From Camelus ferus (lineage: Eukaryota): a DNA stretch of 64,000 nt. The stretch covers positions 113,276,001 to 113,340,000 of the forward strand of contig NC_045696.1 in NCBI RefSeq assembly GCF_009834535.1, in the 5' to 3' direction. Shown one piece after another: positions 53,140 to 64,000 of the stretch. Position 1 is the stretch's first letter. The number at the start of each line of letters is the position of its first letter. The position numbers and the translations under genes are program-made. A model generated the notes under the pieces. That model saw nothing but the letters and a program-made list of their open reading frames with translations, did not search any database and had not been told where the DNA came from.

Positions 53140-54674
53140 AATAGCCCATATTCTAAAGGTCATTCAGTAGTCTTACTTTCAGGCTTACATAGCAACCTAA
53201 ATGGAACTAGTCGAGTGTTGTCAAGAATATTTCCCAAAAAAGTATTTGTACCTGCTTTAATGAAGAGATAGAAATGATGTGTCATTACATATTCGTTGTT
53301 TATGGGAACTTACACCCAAAGCCCTTCAAAGAGCAAGCCCCCCTCTTCTCTTGGCTGTGGATTCTGCACACCTAGCTTCCGACCCTCACCTCACCCACCA
53401 ACACGCACGGGACCCCCTAGCCTGCCGCTCAGCCTCGCAGTGCCTGGATTTCCACACCTGTCAATACATTTGGAATTGGGATATTGACCTCATTGCATTA
53501 CTGTAAAGATTAAATAAGTTGATGCATGTAAATCTTAGCACGATGCCCAGTTCATCAGAAACATCCGTTAACTAGTAGCCTTTCAAACTGTTTTGATAAT
53601 GGCATTTAATTAAACATTCTCCCTCCTCCAGAAAATCAAACTCTGTTTTTTTTTTTATTTCTCTTCACAAAGTTTTGTTTATCATAATGTTATCTCATTA
53701 TCACAAATCCTAATTAACAGGACAATCAAATGAGTTTAAACTGAGATTACAACACTGGCAGAAAGATCCAGTGGGTAGAGTCATTCTGGTGCCTGAGGTA
53801 CCAAGAAGAACATAACTCTAGGAGCCAGGAGGCCTGAATTCTGTTCTCACCTCTGCCTTCAACTCCTTGGGGGACCTTGAGCAAAGCTGTGACATCTCTG
53901 GGCCCCCTGGGACACATGCATCTGTAAGCAACCTTCTGGTTCTGTGCCTTTTTTTTTCAGGGCAGGATGCTTTTAGGATTCCACTGAGGCAGTGGACCCC
54001 TCCCCACATCTCCAAGAAACATACACATGGGAAATATTAGTGTCCCCTTCCCCCCACCCCACCATTCCCCCAGGGAGGAGCTTGCAGGCAGTGCATTCCT
54101 GGGTCTTGTAAGCACAAGAGCTTGACCCAGCCCCACCCAGGACTGGTCAGGTAACTCCCACGATGGCTCCTGTAGCACCCCTCTGGTTGAGGGACACCAT
54201 GGTCCTCTGCTCAGAGCCTCCCCCATAGGGAAAATGATTTCACAGATCCGTGCAGCGTTTGTTTTCAAAGTATTTCTTGTATATCATCCCATTGACTGGA
54301 TCACCAGTGCCGGTGGGGACACCCCGTCTGTGCCTTTTAGGAGACTCAAGGGGCCAACTTGCTGCAGAAAACAGAGCAGCAGAGTTGCCAGCTAAACAGC
54401 CGAGTCCGCTGTGCCTCCTAGAGCTACAAGACAAAAATGGTGCTCAGTGCAAGCAGGTCTCAGTGGGTGTTAGAATGGAAACCCCCAGAGTTAGGGATTG
54501 TTAGCACTGTCTCACATGTGACGGTTATACAGGTCGGTGAAGATTCCGACCAACTTGGAGTATGAAGAATGGTTGTTGAAAGTCTGCAGCCAAGTAGGAA
54601 GGGAAAGGCCATGGCTCACGGAGCGCAGGACTGGTGCTGATCACGGGGGGTGAACCACTTACTGTCGCTGCTAA

Positions 54675-55061
<387 letters not shown>

Positions 55062-55369
55062 TGACTCGACTCACTTGGTGAGTTTCCATCCCCCTTCACC
55101 TTCAGAATCATGTCTCATGCTCCCCCAGCAAGCGAGTGGGGGTCTGCCAGGGGCCGGGGACCTGAAGGAGGCTGTCTGGTGTGTGTTGCTCTTGCAGTCT
55201 CCCAGTTTGGCGGGAAGGAACCAGAAGAGCCACATTGAGGTCCCCATAGTCCCCATGAAACGGTCCACCTTCCACAGCCACTGCCCGGCCTGCGTTGGGG
55301 CAGTGGCCAACCCTGCCCCCTTCCGGTTTTGTGTGCACAGGATACGGGTAGGAGTGACCCCACCATTCT

Positions 55370-55597
55370 TTTTTAGAATCCTTCCTTGGTTTCCTTTTTT
55401 TTTTTTTTTTTTTGAAATAATTTTTTTTTTCGGTGTAGTTTTCTTTTTTTCCTTTATTAATTTTTTGAGGGGGACGGTAACTGGGTTTATTTATTTATTT
55501 ATTTTTAAAGGCGGTACTGGGGATTGAACCCAGGACCTCATGCATGCTAAGCATGCACTCCACCACTGAGCTCTACCTGCCCCCCCAACCCCGGCCA
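55370..55597 (-). mobile_element. tRNA-derived SINE (camelid vic-1-like)
   Basis: Reverse A/B boxes and long T-rich tail; TSD CCACCATTCT at 55360-55369 and 55598-55607. Confidence 0.88.
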
Positions 55598-57141
55598 CCA
55601 CCATTCTGTGGAAGTTCTGGGTGAGGAAGCCGTGAGTGAGAGCTAGGATTTGTTCACAGCTCAGCCTCCACTTAAGTTCCAGTTGGTTATAGCTTTACAG
55701 CACTGCTCCCCAAACCTTAGTGGCTTAGAACGTCCAAGTGGCTAGGCTTGGGGCTGAGACATCAAAGCAGTGCCAGGCCTTTCCCCGGGCAGCCTCTCCT
55801 CTGGCCCGGTAGCTGGACTTCTGCCCTGGGAAGGAGGGTCCCACGCACACAAACGCAGAAGTTGCAGATGCCTTAAGGCCCAGTTTTAAGTCACCTAGCA
55901 TCACTTTCTGCCACATTCTCTTGGTCCCAACAAGTCCCAGCACCAGCCCAGATTTCAGAGTCCCCCCCTAGGTGGGGGGGAGGGTAAAGAACCGGCAGGC
56001 ATCTTCCCCTGCCGGAGCTCATGATCACGGCCTCCGATGCCCACTGGGGAAGAATGGGTCATAATGATGACACCTTTTCTTCAGGGATCACCTCACAGCA
56101 AACAGGGAATGCAGCGTACATCAAACTCTGTAAGGAAAGCCAGTCTTGACACAGAGATGGTTTCAGACTCATCCCCTGCGTTTTCAGAGAACCCTGAGGC
56201 TAGCTGTGCTCAGCACTGGGCATCCTGCACCATGGCTGTCTGCTTAACTCGCCCACCTCTCCCTCGGGACTGGTTAGTTTCCGGGGACAGAGATGTGTCC
56301 TGTTTTGCACGTAGCACTCGGGCCAGTGTTCAGCAGCCTTCGAGAACTGTTCATTGCATGAATGACTGACTTAGACACGGAAAAATATCAGTCACAAGTA
56401 CAAGGAGAATCTTTTATAACGTTATGCTTCTTGATTAACTCAGTAGAATTCCTCTGTTTTAAAGCCGTTCTAGAAATGTATTTGCTACAGAAAATTTAGC
56501 TATGGCAGATTTTTTAAAAAGGAAATAATTCTTTTTATTATGGAAAACCTCAGACAGAAACAAAAGTAGATAGAATAGAATAAGGAACCGTCTTGCACCC
56601 TGTGGTGGAAAGGCTCCAGCCTGGCCCTCCCATCCCCCCTCCCTTCTGATGTTCACACCCGTGTACCAACCCCCACGTTGAGTGTTTGAGAATCAGTGAC
56701 TTGCTTCAGTAGAATGTGGGGAATTCAGGGTCACCCCAAGTGATTACATGACGTTATATTATACACGGTTCCCTCTTGGAAGCAGACTTGGCTCCGGGGA
56801 CCCTCCTTGCTGGCCTGATGTCAGGAAAGCTCACGTGACAGGGAGCTGCTTGTGGCCTCTCGAAGTTGAAAGCAGTCTTCAGCCGACAGCCAGTGAGAAA
56901 CCAGGGCCCTCGGCCCTTCCGTAGAATTATTCTTAAAGAAAGAAAACATGAACTTTTCTAAGGACTCCCTGTGTGACCTTGAGTAAACCCCCTAGCATCT
57001 CTGGGCTTCAGTGTCCTTCAAAATAAAGAAATGGAACTAAATAAGTGGAAATTCTATTCCTGGAGGGAGCAATAAGGTAATTTTGGGGCTGAGATGTTAG
57101 TGGCAGTTTTAAGTAACACTGAAACACATAGTGAGAAAGCT

Positions 57142-57708
57142 TTTTCTTTTTCTGATTGAAGTATAGTTGATTTACAATGTTCTGTTAGTTTCAGGGATAC
57201 AGCAGAGTGATTCAGTTATACATACACATATATATTCTTTCTCAGATCCTTTTCCATTATAGATTATTAAAAGTTATTGAATATAGTTCCCTGTGCTATA
57301 CCATAGGGCCTTGTTGTTTATCTATTTTCTATATAGTAGTTAGTATCTACTAATCCCAGACTCCTAATTTATCCCTCCCCACCTTTTGGTAACCATAAAT
57401 TTGTTTTCTATGTCTGTGAGTCTCTTTTTGTTTTGTATATAGATTAATTTGTATTATTTTTTAGATTCCACATATAAGTGATATTCATACAGCATTTGTC
57501 TTTTTTTGTCTGACTTATTTCACTTAGAATAATGCCCTCTAAGTCCGTCCATCTTGCTGCAAATGGCATTCTGTCATTCTTTTTTATGGCTGAGTAGTAT
57601 TCCATTGTATAAATATACCATAGCTTCTTTATCTAGTCATCATTAGTGGACATTTAGGTTGTTTCCATGTCGTGGCTATTGTAACTAGTGCTGCTATGAA
57701 CACTAGGG
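57142..57708 (-). mobile_element. 5'-truncated L1
   Basis: Antisense L1 3' end; TSD GAGAAAGCT at 57133-57141 and 57709-57717. Confidence 0.9.
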
Positions 57709-58959
57709 GAGAAAGCTATTTCTTTTATAATTTTCTTTCAAGTTATACCTCCTCCCAAGTAAGGCAAAGAGAGAGATGCAGTTTGGTGCTAGTCCATCCT
57801 TAACACCTCTCTAACACTTGCTAACCTCCCCTTTTAACAAAGAGAGAACAGATCTCAGGCAAGGTCTCCAGCAAGAACCTTTAGCTAAAATTTAATAAAG
57901 GTTTTTCCCATGCATCCATTTTTGTGATTATCTTCTATTTAAGGCTGATGGATTTTGATTTACTAAGTATCAAACACTTAACTGAATGATTCTTCCCAAT
58001 TCTCTTATTTTTATGACACTGTCACTGCCTGACCATCACATGACATATTTACTAACTTTTTAAAATTTTCTCCACCCTAATGACTAATGAAAAAATATTA
58101 CAGGACATGACATTTGGCAAATTATAGTTACACATCTGAGCTCTGAGGCCCCGACCTCCTCAGCATCGTCTTCTAAGCCCTGTTGTTCAGTTCTGCATCT
58201 CAGTTACACGATCTCTCAGGCCTTCCCTTCAAAGCCTTCTGTGGGAGTTACCACTGTAAGTGCCTTGGTCCTGAGTGATCAGCAGAGAGTGAAATGGAAA
58301 TGATCCAAAGACACACCTTTAAGAAATTTTGACTTAGGGAGTTAAACACCATCTGTGACCTTTAAAATGTTTCTTTGTGAACATGTTTAGTTCGATGTGA
58401 GCATCATCAAAATGTCCTTTTGTTTTCTCTGTATCGTTCATATAACCACCTTATCTTTACCTCTCATCAAAGGACAGAGTTCTGATGCCACAAAATCCAG
58501 GCTACTTTTCCTCTTTGAAGGAATACATCCAGAGTAATACTATGTTGACTTTCTGTTTGGATCAAAAGTTACAGGGTCCTGTGGTGAATTCTTCTGGCAT
58601 GCTCAAAGAGAAAGAGGGCGGGTATATGAGAGAGGGGTTGAGTAAATCCACAGTGCAGCAGCAGCAAATATGAAGAAAAGCACGAAATTAAAATGTACAA
58701 AATTGCACATTGCACTGGACAGGGAATTCCAAACAATAGGATATTTTGTTTAAACCCAGAAGGGTGGATTGACACATTAGCCCTGATTTTTCCTTTCAGA
58801 TTAAGCAGAACCCCATATAGAGTTTCACGAATACAGATATTTCAATAACTGGACACTTGAAGTGTCAACTGGATCAGAGCCACAAGCTGAGGAGAACTGG
58901 GCAGGGGGATGGCACTGCTCCCTGGAGCTGTAGGAGGAATTCATCCAGGTTTACAAATT

Positions 58960-59519
58960 TCTTTTTAAAAATCTTTTATTGAGGTATAAGTGACATCTAG
59001 CATTGCATTAGTTTCACGTGTATAACATAGCGATTCGATGTTTGTATATATTTCCAACAGATCACCACAATAAGTCCAGCTAACATCCATCCCCATACAG
59101 AGTTGTGTATTCTTTGCTCTTGTGATGAGGACTTTTAAGATTTACTCTCAGCAACTTGCAAATATGCAGAACAGTATTATCAACTACAGTCCCCATGCTG
59201 TACATCGCATCCCCAGGACCTATTTATCTTGTAACTGGAAGTCTGTACCTTTTAACCCCCTTCACTCATTTCACCCACCTCCTAACCACTGCCCACCCCC
59301 CACCCTGCTCTGGCAACCACCGGTCTGCTCTCTGTATCTATGACCTTGGTGGCTTTTATTTGGTTTTTGTTTCGTTTTTTAGATTCCACATATAAGTGAG
59401 ATCATACAGTATTTGTCTTTCTCTGTCTCAGTTATTTCATTTAGCATAAGGCCCTCAAGGTCCATCCATGTCGTTACAGATGGCAAGATTTCATCCTTTA
59501 CGACTAAATAGTATTCCAG

Positions 59520-59596
<77 letters not shown>

Positions 59597-61225
59597 ATCG
59601 CATCTTCTTCATCCATTCATCCATCAGTGGACACTTAGGTTGTTTCCATACCTTGTATATTGTAATAATGCTTCAAAGAACATGGGTGTGCATATGCTTT
59701 CAATTTAGTGGTTTCGTTCTCTTCAGATAAATACCCAGACGTGGAATTGCTCCATCATATGTAGTTCTATTTTAATTTTTTTGAGGACCCTCCAGAACTG
59801 TTTTCCATAGTGGCTACACCAGCTTACATCCCCCAAAACAGTGTGCAAGGATTCCCTTGTTATTTCTTTCCTTTTTGATAACAGCCACTCTAATAGGTAT
59901 GAGGTGATACTTCATTGCGGTTTTGATTTGCAGTTCCCTGATGATTAGTGACGCTGGGAGCCTTTCCATGTCCTTACTGGCAATTTGTATGTCTTCTTTG
60001 GAAAAATATCTATTCAGATCCCCTAACCCATTTTTGATTGGATTTTTTGTTGTTATTCAATTGTATCAGTTCTTTCTATATTTTGGACCTTAACCTCTTA
60101 TCAGATATATGATTTGCAGATACCTTCTCTTATTCAGTAAGTTGCCTTTTCATTCTGTTTATGGTTCCCTGTGCTGTGCAGAAGATTTTTAGGTTTATGT
60201 AGTCCCACTTGTTTATTTTTGCTTTTGTTGCCTTTACTTTTGGAGTCAAATCCAAAAACTCATCACCAAGACTTATGTCAAGTAGCTTACTACCCATGTT
60301 TTCTTCTAGGAGTTTTATGGTTTCAGGGCTTATATTCAAGCCTTTAATCCATTTTGAATTTATTTTTGTGTATGGTATGAGATAGGGAGCTAGTTTCATT
60401 CTTTTGCTTGTGGTTGCCCAGTTTTCCCAACACCATTTATTGAAGAGATTGTCCTTTCCCTATTGTATATTCTTAGTTCCTTTGTCATGAATTTAAAAAA
60501 ACTGACCATGTATGCATGGGTTTATTTCTAGGCTCTCTATTCTGTTCCATTGATCTATAGGTCTGTTTTTATGCCAATACCATACTGTTTTGATTACTAT
60601 AGCTGTGTAATATAGTTTGAAATCAGAGAGTGTGATGCCTCCAGCTTTGTTCTTTCTAAAGATTGCTTTGGCTATTTGGGGTTTTTTGTGGTTCCATACA
60701 AATTTTAGGATTGTTTATTCTATTTCTGTGAAAAAATGCCATTGGAATTTTCATAGGGATTGCATTGAATCTTCAGATTGCTTTGGGTAGTACGGACATT
60801 TTAACAATATTACTTCTTCCAACCAGAAGCATGGGATATCTTCCCACTTATTGTGTCTTCTTCATTTTCTTCCATCAGTGTCCTATAGTTTTCAGTATAT
60901 AGGTCTTTTACCTCCTTGGTTGACTTTATTCCTAGGTATTTTATTCTTCTTGATGCAATTGGAATTGTCATCTGCAAATAGTGACAGTTTTACTTTATCC
61001 TTTCCAATTTGGATGCCTTTTATTTCCTTTTCTTGCCTAAATGTTCTAGGTAGGACTTGCAATGCTATGTTGAACAAAAGTGGCAAGAGTGGGCATCCTT
61101 GTCTTTGTTCCTTGATCTTAGAAGAAAAGCTTTAAGCTTTTCACCATTTAATATGATGTTAGCTGTGGGCTTATCATACATGGCCTTTATTATGTTGAGG
61201 TACATTCCCTCTGTACTCACTTTTT
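58960..61225 (-). mobile_element. About 2.3-kb decayed L1 (ORF2 RT/C-terminal region + 3' UTR)
   Basis: Minus-strand ORF fragments [11 protein letters not shown]...[22 protein letters not shown] (RT motif) and [10 protein letters not shown]...IKLLEENMG...KINKWDYI. Confidence 0.92.
59522..59596. repeat. (TG)n microsatellite within L1
   Basis: About 75 bp of TG repeat with one G>T interruption near 59577. Confidence 0.97.
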
Positions 61226-61998
61226 CAACCCATGTGTTTGCAGCCTAGGTGTTCCCCAACCATCCAGCCCTCTAATGATATCCTTTCATCATTTGTTTGA
61301 AACCGCCTCGAGTCCTCTCCTACGTGTTGTGGGATGATCAGTGGTCCTCCCAAAACCTGGGAAGATCTTCTAGGCTGTACCTCGTCATGGTATCCTCTAA
61401 CTCCAGCTTCCCACTGTGACTCTTCCCTGCACAGGGTGATGCTAGCTTGGCTCACATTCCCTTTTCTTTTCATTTGAACTTCCTCAGACACCACCACCAC
61501 CAGGCTGCTACAGTAGCAACCAAAGGCATAAGGGAAGGGAAGGAGTGGTTAGCTACAGCCCCGTGAACGACTCAAACTGGAGACTGTGCTGCTTTGTCTT
61601 CACTGGGGCTTCTTCCCATCTGACATCCCTCCTTTGGCATCCAGGCCTCCTAGGACCTTCCCAATCTCTTTTCACATCCCTCCCTTCAATGCATGTCAAA
61701 ATCCTTCCTCGTGACGTGACGCAGAGAATCCCAGCTCTCTAGGTGAGGCTTCTCCTACTAGCCCGCAGGGGGGAGGCATCGCTCTTCACACCCAAGGAGG
61801 TGATTGGTCTAAACCAGAGACATTTATCTAAACAAAGCATTGCCCCCCTCATGTAAATTACACCACTCCCTGATATCTGGGTCCCTGACGGCCCAGAGTT
61901 CGTACTGCATCCACGCCCACTCCTAGAAGTTGGAAGTCCCCAGATCAAACGGCTTGAACTGGACAAGGCAAACCATCTCCTTTCCAGCTGTGAATTGA

Positions 61999-62265
<267 letters not shown>

Positions 62266-64000
62266 ACTGACCGACTCATTCTCATAATTCCAACAGCACT
62301 ACTGGGTGTCATGTCATTCCATTGCCTAGCCCTTTTTTTTTTTTTGTTCCTTTATTTCTTTGTGTTGGGAGGGATTGTTTGGGGGTAAAGGGAGGTAGTC
62401 CTTGGCGTAGACATGGATGAAATTGCCCCTTGAATGCGGGTACTTGTAACTATTGCATTTTGTTCTCCAGTCCTTTGACATGGATGCTTTGAAGGTTTTA
62501 CAGTCGTGGAGGTCAGGTGGGGACAATCATTAATTCACCAGCACCAAGCCATCACCAGCTCCCATCTGTCCCTGGTCAGAGACTCGAGCAAGCAAAATGG
62601 CACGGCAGAAGACTAAAGACTTAAAACCAAGACAGTGTGGTCATCTTGATCCAATACTGATTTTTGCAAGGCTCAAGTTAGCACAGCGCAGACAGCCTTT
62701 GGTTAAATGTGGCTTTCGGCTTCCTAGGGAAAGATCGGAACATATTTTTTCTGTACAAAAGCATGCTGTTTTCTCTCCTAGCAGCCTAACCTAGAATGTA
62801 TAGGAATATATGTTTCCCCCAAATCAGCTGTCCTTTCACTATAATTTTTATAATCCTATGACTTAATTCAAATCATAACAAGGGCGTGACTCAAAGATGT
62901 GCAATGTCTGACTGGCTGAAGCCAGCAAAGAAAACGGTTTCCTCCAGTGAGCCCAACGAAATTCAACATCTTCACTAATGTCAGCGATTCAACAGTTTCC
63001 AAAAATTCACATAGTATTACCTCACACTGCAAGAAGGCTTCTTACAGGTTAGGCTCAGAGAAAATTCCCACAAAAATCAAACCTGTTTACAGCATGTCCT
63101 CACTGTTCGGTGACACCAGATTCGTTACGTCCCGAACTCTTTGAAGTTCTTCAACCTGATTGCATCTTTGCTGAGCTGATGACAGATCTCCCTAAGGATT
63201 AAGTCCAATCCAGGAGAGATAACCAGCTGAAATCTGAGCCTTGTTCTGGTGGAATTCTGAGGAGAGAGGAGTGCGGTTACGTTGTACAGCGAAGGAAGCA
63301 CAGAAGGACACTGCTCGAAGAGCAAGAGCTTCCTCACGTCCTGATGGTCTGAGGTGGCTTCCTTCTGGTCATAGCCCCCCAGGCTCTTTGTTGTACTCAC
63401 AGGTGTTTCCTCGGCCCCTTTTCCCTCTGACTCTGAGGGTTGACTATCACTAAACAAAGACTGGTCCAGCCACTGACCCACTCCGTCCCTCTGACAGCAC
63501 TGCCCTGACAGATCTTCAACAGAAAACACCTGCAGACCATGCACACGAACCCTCCCTCCCTCACCTTCCTTTCCCTGCCCAGCCCACCCCTCCAGTGACA
63601 AACGCTGGAGAGGTGTGTGTCCAGAAAGCAGATGGTGCCCCTGATCGCTTCAGTGTCAGAAAATGGGCAAAGAATAAACCCATGCAATTGAATGTATCTC
63701 ATTCTTCACTGGCATGGGGGACATAAACTGCTCCTCTGCCCGCCTTGTACTGCCTTATCCTGGAAGTTATGTGGGAAAATAAGCCATATCAGTGAAACTT
63801 GCCTAAAAACCACATGGATTAATTCTGTTTTTCTAACTGGCCCAGAAGTCAGGATGCCTGAGTTCTAGTTTGTGCTGCCAATGGGTAGATTTATGACCTT
63901 GAGTCTTGGGTTTTTTTCACCTGAAATATGTAAGTCATGAACTCCAAAATCTTTCCCATCCTTAATATTGTACCAATTTCAGGAGGAGGGTGGAATCAGG
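62266..64000 (+). other. THRB: THRB 3' UTR (probably continues beyond the window)
   Basis: Directly follows the TAG. Mammalian THRB is known to have a multi-kb 3' UTR. One AATAAA at 63673-63678 is a possible proximal poly(A) signal. Confidence 0.75.

Noticed and set aside
58960..61225. Active L1 / reverse transcriptase gene
   Set aside because: 5'-truncated, fragmented by stops, frameshifts and deletions, with an expanded microsatellite inside.

Overview
Mammalian genomic DNA, not prokaryotic, so the supplied ORF track is almost all spurious. The window holds the 3' part of the thyroid hormone receptor beta gene (THRB/NR1A2) on the + strand. It contains the complete TRbeta2 isoform: a beta2-specific coding exon (ATG 19681) plus six shared exons. 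These join at GT-AG boundaries to 1431 nt = 476 aa + stop (TAG ends at 62265), followed by about 1.7 kb of 3' UTR. The TRbeta1-specific N-terminal exons are not in the window. Introns carry about 11 tRNA-derived SINEs resembling the camelid vic-1 type (so probably alpaca, llama or camel), many 5'-truncated L1s with target-site duplications, a solo ERV LTR, and older MIR, L2, MaLR and hAT-type relics. I found no convincing new biological system. The most interesting signals are: a hinge exon with 68/69 codons ending in G/C inside a local CpG-rich patch; a complex TRbeta2 leader (uORFs, in-frame upstream ATGs, a candidate 5' UTR intron, a strong internal Met79); an Onecut+Otx composite site in the beta2 promoter; an old direct repeat flanking the first zinc-finger exon; a DR4 thyroid-response-element-like motif in the gene's own 3' UTR; and a cryptic acceptor that would truncate the ligand-binding domain. 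Repeat family names and comparisons to other species are from recall and need confirmation. Repeat boundaries without TSDs are approximate.
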